Shown here: positions 46,048 to 55,886 of the stretch, in pieces
Position numbering within the stretch: the stretch's first letter is position 1
Layout: every line of letters begins with the position of its first letter
Source: Candidatus Eiseniibacteriota bacterium
GTDB taxonomy: Bacteria; Eisenbacteria; RBG-16-71-46; DASYSL01
Assembly (NCBI GenBank): GCA_031431875.1
Contig: JANPEF010000045.1
Span: 11,912 to 75,911 of the forward strand
Direction of reading: 5' to 3'
Length of the DNA: 64,000 nt
Notes under the pieces: model-generated
Told to the model about the DNA's origin: nothing
What the model saw: only the letters and a program-made list of their open reading frames with translations
Databases searched by the model: none
Translations under genes and position numbers: made by a program

Positions 46048-47862
46048 ATGAAGAGCCCGCTGCGTCGCCGCATCCTGGCGTTCACCGCCGTGCCCATGGT
46101 CGTCCTCACGCTGGGCGCGCTGTGGGTCGTGCACCGGACCGTGTCCGAGCGCGTGCACCAGGCGGTCGAGCAAGACCTGCGTCGGGCCTCGCTCGTGTTC
46201 GAGGACATGCTCGGCCAGCGCGCCGAGCAATTGCGCATCGCCAGCGCCGTCGTGGCGCGCGACCCGCGGTTCTTCGCCGTGCTCACGCTGCCGGGCTCGC
46301 ATCGCGATCCCGTGTATCGCAATACCGTCGTGGGCGTGGCCAAGGATTTCAACGCGATCACCGACGCCGACGTGCTCGAGGTCTACGACGCGCGCGGCAT
46401 GTCCATCGCCTCGGTCGGGCGCGAACACCTGCGCGCCGGGGCCGCGAAAGAACTGGTCGCCGCGGCACGCGAGGGCACGATGAGCTACGAGGTCGTGGCC
46501 GCCGGCGACCGGCACTTCCAGGTCATCGCCACGCCCGTCGTGACGGCGGGCCAGGTCGCCGGGGTGCTCGTCGTCGGCGCGGGCATCGGTGCGCCGCTGG
46601 CCGCGAAGCTGCGCGAACAGACGCGCAGCGACGTGAGCTTCGTCGCCGGCGGCGCGCTGTCGGGCACCACGTTGACGCGCGAGACCGATCGCAGCGCGCT
46701 GCTCGAGGCGGTCGCTACACGCCGCGGTCATGCGCCGTCGGATGCGATCATCGAGCTGGCCGGCAGCGGCGACACGTATCTCACGCTGCTGCGCCCGCTG
46801 CCCGGTTCGCGCGCGGGCGACGCGCAGGCGTACGCGATCCAGCGCTCGCTCAAGGCCGAGACCGCATTCCTGCGCGAGGTACAGGTCGCGTTGGCGCAGC
46901 TGGGGCTGCTCGCGGTGTTGCTCGCGGTGATCGCCGGGCTGCTCGTCTCGGAGCGCATCACCCAGCCGCTGCAGCGCATCGTGCGCGCCGCCGAGGAGAT
47001 CGAGCGCGGCAACTACGACTCGCCGATCGCCGTGGGCGGGGCCGACGAGATCGGTTACCTGGCGCGGCGCTTCGATGCCATGCGTCAGCACGAGCGCGCC
47101 TACGTGCACAGCCTCAAGGAGGTGGCGCGCGTGAAGAGCGAGTTCATCGCGGTGGCGTCGCACGAGCTGCGCACGCCGATCAGTGTCATCCGCGGGTTCC
47201 AGGAGATGCTCGCGGACCTGGTGCTGGGCCCGCTCACCGAGAAGCAGGTCATGGCCGTGACGGCGATCGGCGAGGGCACGGTGACGCTCGAGAAGATCGC
47301 CGACAACGCCACGCGGATGGCCCAGATCGAGGGCGAGCGCCTGACCCTGAACCGCGAAGCGCACGAGGTCGGCGACCTGGTGAAGGCGGCGGTGCGCACC
47401 GCCACCGACGAAGCACGCGGCCGCCAGGTCCGGGTGACCGTCGAGCTGGACGGGGGCATCCCGCGCTTGCACGTCGATGGCCCGCGCCTGACCGAGGCCG
47501 TGGCGAACCTCGTGCGCAACGGGCTGCGCTTCACGCCCGACGGCGGCCGCGTCGACGTGCGCACCCGCTGGTCGGATCCCGAGCTCGTGGTCGAGGTCGA
47601 GGACGACGGTGTGGGGATCCCGCCCGAGCGCCAGGAGCAGATCTTCGCCCCCGGCTTCGCGGTTCGGGATTCCAGGAACCATCACTCGTCGACTACATTG
47701 GAGTTCAACTCGGCCGGACTCGGGCTGGGGCTGGCCATCGCGCGCGGAATCGTCGAGGCGCACGGGGGCACGCTCGCGGTGGACAGCACTCCGGGTCGCG
47801 GCAGTCGATTCGTCCTGCGCTTGCGCCCCGACGTCGTGGAGGCGCTGATGGAGGCAGCCTGA
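46048..47862 (+). CDS. Membrane sensor histidine kinase (periplasmic sensor, HAMP)
   Basis: Two TM helices, DEIGYLA HAMP, ASHELRTP, NLVRNG, DDGVG, GLGLGL. Confidence 0.92.
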   Translation: MKSPLRRRILAFTAVPMVVLTLGALWVVHRTVSERVHQAVEQDLRRASLVFEDMLGQRAEQLRIASAVVARDPRFFAVLTLPGSHRDPVYRNTVVGVAKDFNAITDADVLEVYDARGMSIASVGREHLRAGAAKELVAAAREGTMSYEVVAAGDRHFQVIATPVVTAGQVAGVLVVGAGIGAPLAAKLREQTRSDVSFVAGGALSGTTLTRETDRSALLEAVATRRGHAPSDAIIELAGSGDTYLTLLRPLPGSRAGDAQAYAIQRSLKAETAFLREVQVALAQLGLLAVLLAVIAGLLVSERITQPLQRIVRAAEEIERGNYDSPIAVGGADEIGYLARRFDAMRQHERAYVHSLKEVARVKSEFIAVASHELRTPISVIRGFQEMLADLVLGPLTEKQVMAVTAIGEGTVTLEKIADNATRMAQIEGERLTLNREAHEVGDLVKAAVRTATDEARGRQVRVTVELDGGIPRLHVDGPRLTEAVANLVRNGLRFTPDGGRVDVRTRWSDPELVVEVEDDGVGIPPERQEQIFAPGFAVRDSRNHHSSTTLEFNSAGLGLGLAIARGIVEAHGGTLAVDSTPGRGSRFVLRLRPDVVEALMEAA

Positions 47863-49082
47863 TGCGTCGCGGTTCCAACAAGGCTTTCCTCGTGCACGCC
47901 ATCCTCGTCCTCTGCCTCGCCCTGCCCATCGCGCAGTCCACGGTCGCCACCGCCGCCGATGACGAGAGCGATTTCGACGTCCACGTCCGCGGACTCCTCG
48001 ACATCGTCGCCGGCCCCAACAACGACGCGGTCACGCTCAATCGCCTGAACGCCGGCGGATCCGCGTTCGATCCGTGGCGCGGCCGCCTGTTCGTCGAGGG
48101 CAGCGCCAACGACAGGATCAATATCTATACGCAGCTCCACTTGAGCGACGAGTCGGGCGTGTTCGTCTACGGCGCCTACGCCGCGTGGACACCCATCGCC
48201 GAGCGCGACCTCTCGCTCCAGGCGGGCAAGATCCCGTGGCCCATCGGCACGTTCGGGCCGCGCACCTACTCGAACAAGAATCCGCTCGTCGGCACGCCGC
48301 TGCTGTACCAGTACCACACGTCGCTGCGCGGCGACGTCATGCCCGCCGACATCGACGCGCTGCTCTCCGAGGCCGGCCAGGGCCAGTACGGCGTCAACTA
48401 CGCGCCGGGTCCCGGCGGCTGGCGCGGCATGCCGATCGTCTACGACTTCTGCTGGGACTTCGGCGCCGCCCTGATCGGCAGCGCCCGGCCGTTCGAGTTC
48501 TCCCTCGCGGTCACCAATGGCACGCCGTCGTCGGCCAACGCGGGCCGCGACACCAACGGCGACAAGTCGATCATGGGCCGCATCGGCCTCCTCCCGCTGC
48601 CGGGACTGCGCTTGGGCGTGTCGGGCTCGACCGGCGCCTACATGCCCGACGACATCGAGGCGTCGCTGCCGCCCGGCACCAGCGCCGAGCGCTACGACCA
48701 GAACCTGCTGATGGCCGACCTCGAGTACGCGTTCTCGCGCTTCGAGATGCGCGCCGAGGGCGCCATCAACACGTGGGAGACGCCCACCGTCGGCGACCTC
48801 ACGCTGCACGGCTACTACGTCGAGGGGAAGTACGCGTTCGCCAACGGCGCCTTCGTCGCCGCGCGCTACGACGCGCTGCTCTTCGACGAGGTGCAGGGCA
48901 CGACCGGCCCCGCCCGCCCGTGGGACGACGACGTGTACCGCTTCGAGGGCGGCATCGGCTACCGCTTCGATCGCCACGTGATCGCCAAGGTCGTCTACCA
49001 GAAGACCACCCTCGATCCGCGCCCGGCCGGCGACTTCCGCTCGTCGGAGCTGGTGGCCGCGCAGGTGTCGCTGGGCTTCTAG
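47862..49082 (+). CDS. Outer-membrane porin-like beta-barrel
   Basis: Signal peptide, amphipathic strands, NGDKSIMGRIG, C-terminal QVSLGF; TGATG-coupled to the kinase. Confidence 0.75.
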   Translation: MRRGSNKAFLVHAILVLCLALPIAQSTVATAADDESDFDVHVRGLLDIVAGPNNDAVTLNRLNAGGSAFDPWRGRLFVEGSANDRINIYTQLHLSDESGVFVYGAYAAWTPIAERDLSLQAGKIPWPIGTFGPRTYSNKNPLVGTPLLYQYHTSLRGDVMPADIDALLSEAGQGQYGVNYAPGPGGWRGMPIVYDFCWDFGAALIGSARPFEFSLAVTNGTPSSANAGRDTNGDKSIMGRIGLLPLPGLRLGVSGSTGAYMPDDIEASLPPGTSAERYDQNLLMADLEYAFSRFEMRAEGAINTWETPTVGDLTLHGYYVEGKYAFANGAFVAARYDALLFDEVQGTTGPARPWDDDVYRFEGGIGYRFDRHVIAKVVYQKTTLDPRPAGDFRSSELVAAQVSLGF

Positions 49083-49579
49083 CGGGAGGCGGTGGCGCCC
49101 GCGGTGGCAGCGAACCGCCGCCGCACCTGTTCCTGCCGGTAACCGAAGATCCGGTCGAGCTGCACGCGCACCAGCGGGTGGGCCGCGTCCCCGAGCGTTC
49201 CGAACGGCAGCCGGTAGCGAACCTCGTCGTCGATCGCGGTGCCTTCGCCGTCCGCGGTAGGCGTCAACGTGTGCGTATGGATCCACTGCGCGTACGGCCC
49301 GGCGATCTGCTCGTCGACGAACCGATGCGGCGGATCCCACAGCGCGATCCGCGTGCGCCACCGGATCGGCATGCCCCACAGGCTCAGGCGGTACTCGAGC
49401 AGCGCTCCCTCGCGCATCTCGATCGGCAGCGGCGTCTCGATCCGGAAGCGCAGCTCGGGCGGCGTGATCGCCTCGAGGTTGCCCGCGTGGGCGAAGAACG
49501 CGAAGACCTCCTCGCGGGCGCGCGGCAGGACCAGGTGGGTGGTGAGGATGCGTTCGCGGGCGTGGCGCAGGGGGTTCAT
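49079..49579 (-). CDS. SRPBCC-family protein
   Basis: EVFAFF...NLEAITPP, FVDEQIAGPY..W.H.H, IFGYRQ. Confidence 0.88.
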   Translation of the reverse strand: MNPLRHARERILTTHLVLPRAREEVFAFFAHAGNLEAITPPELRFRIETPLPIEMREGALLEYRLSLWGMPIRWRTRIALWDPPHRFVDEQIAGPYAQWIHTHTLTPTADGEGTAIDDEVRYRLPFGTLGDAAHPLVRVQLDRIFGYRQEQVRRRFAATAGATASR

Positions 49580-49754
49580 GGTGCGGGTAGTCTAGCGGTT
49601 CGGGCCACGTTGGGGATCGCATGAGCGAAATCGCATGCGCTGGGGCATGTGATTCTGCACATCGGCCTTCGCCCGGCCGTGTCGCCGCCGCGCCCCCTCC
49701 GCGCACAGGCAAGCCCCCGGCCCCGGCGCGCCCACATCGCCCAGGAGACTCGCC

Positions 49755-50261
49755 ATGGACCGCCGCAACGGCCTCGCCGCGCTGCTCGTTCTCGCGCCCG
49801 TCGCGCTCTCGCTCACCACGCTCGCGCCCGCGCCCCGCGCGCAGGGACCCGCCGCCCCGGCGGGCGAGGCGCAGGCATCGCTCGACTCCGTGAACTTCGA
49901 CACGAAGAAGGCGATCGCCGACCTGGAGGCTTCGATCAAGGGTCGCGAGAACGCGCCCGCCGAGTCCGTGTGGAAGAACATCCAGGGCTTCAAGGGGATG
50001 CCCGCGGGTCGGCTCCTCAAGGTGATGGAGATGGGGTTCAGCCCGGCGCTCGGCGTGAACTGCCTGCACTGCCACGAGGCCGACGACTATGCGAGCGACG
50101 ACAAACGGCCGAAGCGCGTGTCGCGGGAGATGATGGCGTTCTCGCAGGCCGTGAACACGCGGCTGCGCGAGGTGAAGGAGCTCCAGAGCAAAGAGCCGGC
50201 AATCAACTGCACCACGTGTCACCGTGGCGAGGTGAAGCCGGCTCTTAACCTGAAGCGTTGA
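49755..50261 (+). CDS. Periplasmic diheme c-type cytochrome (reaction-centre cytochrome c family-like)
   Basis: Signal peptide; LGVNCLHCH and INCTTCHRG; KNIQ and SREMM motifs. Confidence 0.85.
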   Translation: MDRRNGLAALLVLAPVALSLTTLAPAPRAQGPAAPAGEAQASLDSVNFDTKKAIADLEASIKGRENAPAESVWKNIQGFKGMPAGRLLKVMEMGFSPALGVNCLHCHEADDYASDDKRPKRVSREMMAFSQAVNTRLREVKELQSKEPAINCTTCHRGEVKPALNLKR

Positions 50262-50274
50262 CGATCGGCGAGCG

Positions 50275-50895
50275 CTAGCGGCGCGTGAGGGGAGCCTCCG
50301 CGGCTCCGACCAACGATGCAACGGCACTCACCCGGACAGTGACCATCGACTGGAAGCCGATCTCGTCGCGCGTCTCCACGTAGAAGTAGTGGACCGCCTT
50401 CGCGCCGAACGGCCCCACGGTGGCGGACCTCACCGCGAGGGACCATGTGCTCCAGTGTGCGAGGTCGTTGTCGTCTAGGCGAGGGGTCTCGTCGAAGATG
50501 TCCTCGTTGTCGAGGGACCATCGGTAGGCATTGATCTTGGCCTGCCCGGTCTTCGAGCGCGCCGACCAGTGGAGGGTCACCGGCTCCTGTTCCGCGATTG
50601 CGAGGTCGTAGATGAGGCTCGGATCGAGCGAGATGCCGCCCTCGGCCTGGACGCGTTTCCAGCCGTCGGTCGTGATGGTGATCCGGGGGGACTCCCACCG
50701 CGGGATGAGGGGCGGACGAACCTGGATCTCGCCCGGCGCGGAGGCGGCGAGACGCTCCGTGGATTGCAGCACGGGGCCCACGATTTCCTGAGGCTTGCTC
50801 GAACAGCCGGCGAGTGGAACGAGTGTGGCGAGGGAAACGAGCACGACGGACGCGACGACCGACGAGCGGCCGTGCAAGGCACGACGGGGATTCAT
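50275..50895 (-). CDS. Hypothetical lipoprotein
   Basis: Lipobox LAGC followed by a beta-rich domain. Confidence 0.6.
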   Translation of the reverse strand: MNPRRALHGRSSVVASVVLVSLATLVPLAGCSSKPQEIVGPVLQSTERLAASAPGEIQVRPPLIPRWESPRITITTDGWKRVQAEGGISLDPSLIYDLAIAEQEPVTLHWSARSKTGQAKINAYRWSLDNEDIFDETPRLDDNDLAHWSTWSLAVRSATVGPFGAKAVHYFYVETRDEIGFQSMVTVRVSAVASLVGAAEAPLTRR

Positions 50896-51043
50896 GCGAA
50901 CCTCTGCAGCGAAACGGTGATCCCGGTCCCTAGGAGTGGCTTCACGGCGCCCCCGCCCAGCCTCAGGCAGCAGCGTGCCGATGAGTCTACTTCCGGATCA
51001 CCCCACGGCGGAATTGGTTTCTGACGACCCCGATCGACCGCCC

Positions 51044-52444
51044 CTACGGGGCGTGATAGGTCGGCCCGCCGGGCCCGCTGGTCGACGTCGGCGGCTCGTT
51101 CGCGGCGAGCTTGGGCAGCTTCTCGACCGCGCCCGCCTCGTCGGTGTCGACCCAGCGCACGCCCTTGGAGCAGGGGCACACGGACTCGGCGCGGCGCTTC
51201 ATGACGGGCGACTTCATGGCCGCTTCTTCCTTCGTCACTTCGCCGCCAGACACGCGGCGGATCAGGTCGCGGTACTGCATCATGTCGCGGCTGGCCAGGT
51301 AGGCCGGTGGGAGGACCGCGGCGAGATGGCGCACGTACTCCTCGACGTCGGTGAACGGGTCGCCCTCGACCGAGACCAGGCGGAACGCGGGCTCGCCGCG
51401 GCGACGGAAGAACTCGCGGTGCGGCATCTTGAGGATCTCGTCGTACTGGGTGCCCTCGATCGTGGTGCGCTCGCGCAGGATCGCGGCCAGCAGGCGGTCG
51501 ACATCGGCGGGTGACTTGGTCGGGAAGCGCGCGCGCAGGAAGCGCAGGTTGAGGTCGTGCAGCAGCTTCGCGACCTCGTTCCAGTACTTGAGCTGGGCCT
51601 CGCCGTTCTTCATGTCCTTGAAGCCGAGCTTCATGTTCTTCTCGCCGCCGCGCTCGTCGCCGAACATCTCGAGCCCGCGCGGGATCCACTTGTTGAGCGA
51701 CTGCTGGATCTGCTTCGGCGTGATGAACCCGTCGCCCTGGGCGGCGGCCTCGAGCCAGCGGCGCATGGGGACGACGCCGGCGGCGAGATGAAAGGCCTCC
51801 TCGCGCAGCATCGGCGCCATCGACTGCGCGAACGGGCGGTAGGCGCACACCTTCTGCATGGTCAGCTGGTACTTGCCGACGCGGTCGATCACGCCCGAGA
51901 ACACCACGTTGTCGACGAACGAGTCGTACGGCAGGTTGAACGCCTCGAGCACGTGCGTGCCCGTCTCCATCTGCAGCACGTCCTCGACCATGTCCTCGGT
52001 CTTGACGCCGCCGGAGAGCTTGTCCCAGTTGCGGCTGGTCAGCATGTGGAACATCTGGTAGCCGTGACGCAGCTCCTCGGCCATCACGCGCAGGATCCAG
52101 AACTTGTCCTGGTCCGACGGCGAGCGATCGATCGTCACCTGGTGCTGCTGGATCGAGCCGAACTCGGTCGAGGCCTGGGCGCGAATGATGCCCAGGATCT
52201 GGCGGGCCTGCTCCTCGGACAACTCGGACGGATCCTCGGCCTTGGGCGCGCCGGCGTGATCGCCCAGCTCCTGCGTGCGCGAGGTGGAGAGATCCATCTT
52301 GGCGCACAGGCAGAACTTGTCGTCGGCCGGGAAGTGCTTGTCCCAGTACTTGTCGAGGATCGGCAGGTCCTGGAAGTTGTGCTTCACCCAGTGCGCGATC
52401 GCGTCCTCGTACTTCTTCGGCAGGTTCGTGGTCTCGAGGTTCAC
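51044..52444 (-). CDS. Ferritin-like diiron aromatic-CoA epoxidase, BoxB/PaaA-like (divergent)
   Basis: STEFGSIQQ, EELRHG, DRVGKYQL, MLREEAFH, QQSLNKW...EMFG parallel the BoxB iron-ligand motifs. Confidence 0.8.
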   Translation of the reverse strand: MNLETTNLPKKYEDAIAHWVKHNFQDLPILDKYWDKHFPADDKFCLCAKMDLSTSRTQELGDHAGAPKAEDPSELSEEQARQILGIIRAQASTEFGSIQQHQVTIDRSPSDQDKFWILRVMAEELRHGYQMFHMLTSRNWDKLSGGVKTEDMVEDVLQMETGTHVLEAFNLPYDSFVDNVVFSGVIDRVGKYQLTMQKVCAYRPFAQSMAPMLREEAFHLAAGVVPMRRWLEAAAQGDGFITPKQIQQSLNKWIPRGLEMFGDERGGEKNMKLGFKDMKNGEAQLKYWNEVAKLLHDLNLRFLRARFPTKSPADVDRLLAAILRERTTIEGTQYDEILKMPHREFFRRRGEPAFRLVSVEGDPFTDVEEYVRHLAAVLPPAYLASRDMMQYRDLIRRVSGGEVTKEEAAMKSPVMKRRAESVCPCSKGVRWVDTDEAGAVEKLPKLAANEPPTSTSGPGGPTYHAP

Positions 52445-52875
52445 AGCGTCTTCTCCAGGGCCGTCAGGCGGCTGGGAACGAAGCCGAGCGCCGCGAGAAA
52501 CTTCGCGTTGTCGGCCTGCGAGGCGTCGACGAACGTGCGAAGGGTCTTCGCGCCGGTGCCGGCGAAGTGCGCGGCGAGCGCGTCGAATAGTTGGCGGGCG
52601 ATGCCCTTGCCGCGATGGTCGGGGTCCACGCCGAAGCGCTCGATCCAGCCCGAGCGGTCCTCGAGGCCGAACTCGCCGCCGCGGATGTCGCCCAGCATGA
52701 AGCCGACGACCTGGTCACCGACCAGGGCCACGCGGGAGCTCTCGGGATCGCGGCGCAGGTAGTAGGCGACGCGGTCCTCCCAGAAATCGGGCCGGTACAC
52801 GCCGCCGACCTTCTCGTCGATACGGGTGATGTCCTCGATATCGGTGTCGGAAAGGGGCCGGATCGTGACGTTCAC
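52441..52875 (-). CDS. GNAT N-acetyltransferase
   Basis: GVDPDHRGKGIA acetyl-CoA motif; its stop overlaps the start of the BoxB-like gene (GTGA). Confidence 0.9.
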   Translation of the reverse strand: MNVTIRPLSDTDIEDITRIDEKVGGVYRPDFWEDRVAYYLRRDPESSRVALVGDQVVGFMLGDIRGGEFGLEDRSGWIERFGVDPDHRGKGIARQLFDALAAHFAGTGAKTLRTFVDASQADNAKFLAALGFVPSRLTALEKTL

Positions 52876-53118
52876 GCGGTCAAGGTACCACAGGGCACCC
52901 GGGGAGGGCAGCGGGGGCCGCCCGGAGCCGGGCCCGACTTCCCCCTTGCGGCAGCCGGCCAGCCGGGTCTAACGTTTCCTTGACCGAGGGAGTGGAGTCG
53001 GCGGCTCCTCCGCAAGCCACCGCATCCCGGGCCCCCACACCGAAGGGCCCGGACCACCCCTCGATCTCTATTCCCTCCACCCCACCCGCTCATTCCTCCC
53101 CACCGACCGCGGGATCCC

Positions 53119-53955
53119 ATGACCGAACCCACCAGCGCAACCTCCGTCCCCCCCGTCCCCCCCGTGCTCGTCGCGCTCCGCGACGGCGTCGCGTTCGTCT
53201 CGCTCAACCGCCCGCCGCTGCACATTCTCGACGTCACGACGAATCGCGCGCTCGCGGCCGCGCTGCGCGCACTCGCCTCGGGGGACGCCGCGATCGGCCT
53301 GCGCGCCGTCGTCCTGGGCTCACAGGGCGGCCGCGCGTTCTCAGCCGGCGTCGCGATCGAGGAGCACACTCGCGAGAACGTGCGCGAGATGCTCGACGCG
53401 TTCCACGACGTGTTCCGCGCGCTCGTGGCGCTGCGTCCGCCGCTGCTCGCCGCGGTGCGCGGCTCGGCGCTGGGCGGCGGCGCCGAGCTGGTCGCATTCT
53501 GCGATGCGGTCGTGGCCGAGGAGACGGCGACGTTCGGCTTCCCCGAGATCCGCCTGGGCTGCTATCCGCCGGTCGCCGCGCTGCTGTTGCCGGGCGTCGT
53601 CGGCCGCACGCGCGCCGCGCACCTCATCCTCAGCGGCGAGACGATCGGCGCGCGCCACGCGCTCGAGATCGGGCTCGTCACCGAAGTGGTCGCCGAAGGT
53701 GCCCTCGCCGAGGGCCGTACGGCCGCACTCGACGCGTTCGTCGCGCGCTACGTGGGCCACAGCGGGGCGGCGCTGGCGCTGGCGCGCGAGGCGATGGGCG
53801 GCGGGGACGGGCGCGGCCCGCGCGGTGCGGCATTCCTCGCCGCACTCGACGCGGCCGAGGCGCTGTACCACGAGCGACTGATGGCGACGCACGACGCGAA
53901 CGAGGGCATCGCGGCGTGGCTGGAGAAGCGCCCGGCGCAGTGGAAGGACCGGTAA
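53119..53955 (+). CDS. Enoyl-CoA hydratase/isomerase (Dch-like)
   Basis: LNRPPLHILD, AFSAGVAIEEH, ALGGGAEL, FGFPEIRLGCYPPVA, DANEGI.AWLEKR. Confidence 0.85.
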   Translation: MTEPTSATSVPPVPPVLVALRDGVAFVSLNRPPLHILDVTTNRALAAALRALASGDAAIGLRAVVLGSQGGRAFSAGVAIEEHTRENVREMLDAFHDVFRALVALRPPLLAAVRGSALGGGAELVAFCDAVVAEETATFGFPEIRLGCYPPVAALLLPGVVGRTRAAHLILSGETIGARHALEIGLVTEVVAEGALAEGRTAALDAFVARYVGHSGAALALAREAMGGGDGRGPRGAAFLAALDAAEALYHERLMATHDANEGIAAWLEKRPAQWKDR

Positions 53956-53960
53956 GCCGG

Positions 53961-54761
53961 GTGGCCCTGTTCGCTCCCGGCGCGACCGTGACGATCCGCG
54001 CGCTGCTCCTCGGCGAACGGATCGACCTGCGCGGCCTCGAGGCGGCCCAGCGCCTCGCGACGAACCCCCTGGTCATCGCCGTGGGCGAGGGACACTACGC
54101 CGCGCTGTTCCGTTACGGCGCCATCGTCCTGTTCGGCGTCCCTCCGTTGCAGGAGGTTGCGTTCGTCGACCAGCTGGCTCCCCTCGTGGGCCAGCCGTAC
54201 GCGAAGCGCGAGAGCGAGGAGGCCCGGCTTCGCGTCGATCCGGCCGGCGAAGAACGGGCCGAGGCGGGAGAAATCACCGTCCACGAGGCCACGGTCGAGT
54301 CCCTGCAGGTGATCGCGGATGTGCTCGCCAAGAGCGTCGTCCTCGCCTACTACGAAGCGAGCCTCGCCGCCGTGTTCGACGCCGTCGAGCCCCTTGCCCT
54401 CGGCATCAAGCGGGGCGGGCGGACGGCGCCGAAGGATCGCGACCTGTTGCGCTACGTCGGCGAGACGCTGCTCACGCAGCACAAGATGGTCGGCCGCGTG
54501 GAAGTCGGGGAGAAGCCCGAGGTCCTGTGGGACCTGCCCGGCCTCAACCGGCTCTTCCTGCGACTCGAGGACGACTACGAGCTTTCGGAGCGACGGCTCG
54601 CCGTCGAGCGCAAGCTCGACCTCATCTCGCGGACCGTGGGGACGCTCGTCGACCTGGTGCAGAACAAGCGCGCGTTGCGCGTGGAGTGGTACATCGTCAT
54701 CCTGATCGTGATCGAGATCGGGCTCAGCCTGTATCAGCTGTTCGGGATCGGAGGGCGCTAG
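53961..54761 (+). CDS. RMD1/DUF155-family protein
   Basis: LFRYGAIVLF, LAKSVVLAYYE, EKPEVLW, YELSER, EWYIVILI. Confidence 0.88.
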   Translation: MALFAPGATVTIRALLLGERIDLRGLEAAQRLATNPLVIAVGEGHYAALFRYGAIVLFGVPPLQEVAFVDQLAPLVGQPYAKRESEEARLRVDPAGEERAEAGEITVHEATVESLQVIADVLAKSVVLAYYEASLAAVFDAVEPLALGIKRGGRTAPKDRDLLRYVGETLLTQHKMVGRVEVGEKPEVLWDLPGLNRLFLRLEDDYELSERRLAVERKLDLISRTVGTLVDLVQNKRALRVEWYIVILIVIEIGLSLYQLFGIGGR

Positions 54762-54764
54762 GCC

Positions 54765-55154
54765 ATGACTCGCGTCACGGGAATCGGCGGCATCTTCATC
54801 AAGGCGAAGGATCCCGCCGTGATGCAGGCGTGGTACCGCAAGCATCTCGGGATCGACGTGCAGGACTGGGGCGGGGCGACGTTTCGCTGGAACGAGCCCC
54901 CCACACCCGACGGCGCGACGGTCTGGTCGATCTTCCCGGCCACCTCGAAGTACTTCGACCCGAGCCCGGCGCCGTTCATGGTGAACTACCGCGTCGCGGA
55001 CCTCGCGGCGTTGCTCACCACGCTGCGCGCCGAGGGCTGCGTCGTCGACGAGCGGCTCGAGGAGAGCGAGCACGGCAAGTTCGGCTGGGTGATGGATCCC
55101 GAGGGCAACCGCATCGAGCTGTGGGAGCCGCCGCCGGGACGGTACGGAGGCTAG
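54765..55154 (+). CDS. VOC/glyoxalase-family protein
   Basis: RVTGIGGIF, MVNYRV.DL, GKFGWVMDPEGNRIELWEP. Confidence 0.92.
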   Translation: MTRVTGIGGIFIKAKDPAVMQAWYRKHLGIDVQDWGGATFRWNEPPTPDGATVWSIFPATSKYFDPSPAPFMVNYRVADLAALLTTLRAEGCVVDERLEESEHGKFGWVMDPEGNRIELWEPPPGRYGG

Positions 55155-55168
55155 CGTCCCGGCGGCGG

Positions 55169-55612
55169 TCAGGCCCCGCGGGCCGAGCGCGGGGCCCGCG
55201 ATCGGGTCACGGCAGCCGCGGAGCGCGCATGGTCCGCGTCGTCCGGAAGGAGTGCCTCGACATTGCGCCCCCGCCTCACTGGCTTGATCTTGCGGATCGC
55301 GTTCTGTTCGGCGCGCAGGGCATGCCACACATCCCAGTAGCGCTGGCCGTTGAGCCAGAATTCCACGCTCACGCCGAAGTATCGGGACAGGCGAAGCGCC
55401 GTGGACGCACTCACGCCCCGGCGTCCGTTGATGACCTCATTGACCCGCTGGTAGGGCACGCCGATCCCATCCGCCAGATCGCGCTGGGTGAGTCCCAGCG
55501 GCTTCAGGAACTCCTCGCGCAATAGTGCCCCTGGGTGAACCGGTGGACGATGCGTCGGAAGCAGCGCCGAGAAATCGACGTCAGCGGTGGTAATCAACGA
55601 TTTCGACCTCAT
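55169..55612 (-). CDS. higA: HigA-family antitoxin (HTH)
   Basis: PVHPGALLREEFLKPLGLTQ, RVNEVINGRRGVS, ALRLSRYFG, FWLNGQ. Start uncertain. Confidence 0.9.
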   Translation of the reverse strand: MRSKSLITTADVDFSALLPTHRPPVHPGALLREEFLKPLGLTQRDLADGIGVPYQRVNEVINGRRGVSASTALRLSRYFGVSVEFWLNGQRYWDVWHALRAEQNAIRKIKPVRRGRNVEALLPDDADHARSAAAVTRSRAPRSARGA

Positions 55613-55886
55613 GTGCATCGCCTCCTCTCCAGGTGAAGCAGATCCGATACTGCGCGTTGATGCGGATGCTGAACTGTCCCAGGCGATTCCCCGCCAGGGC
55701 CTCGAGTCGGGTTCCTGGCGTCCGCATGAATTCATCCAGCCGCGATGCCTGATGCAGGGCGGTCAGCTTGAAGTGAGCGGCCCCCCACAACCAGATCGGG
55801 CACGTCCGACGCGCCGCTTTCGACGATTGGCCCGCAAAGATATCCGCGGTCCCGCGATCCCGGAACCCGCGGATCAGGTGTAGCAC
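55581..55886 (-). CDS. higB: HigB-family (RelE/ParE) toxin
   Basis: IRGFRDRGTADIF, PGTRLEALAGNRLGQFSIRINAQYRICFTW, VEIVDYH; toxin upstream of antitoxin. Confidence 0.9.
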   Translation of the reverse strand: MLHLIRGFRDRGTADIFAGQSSKAARRTCPIWLWGAAHFKLTALHQASRLDEFMRTPGTRLEALAGNRLGQFSIRINAQYRICFTWRGGDAHEVEIVDYHR

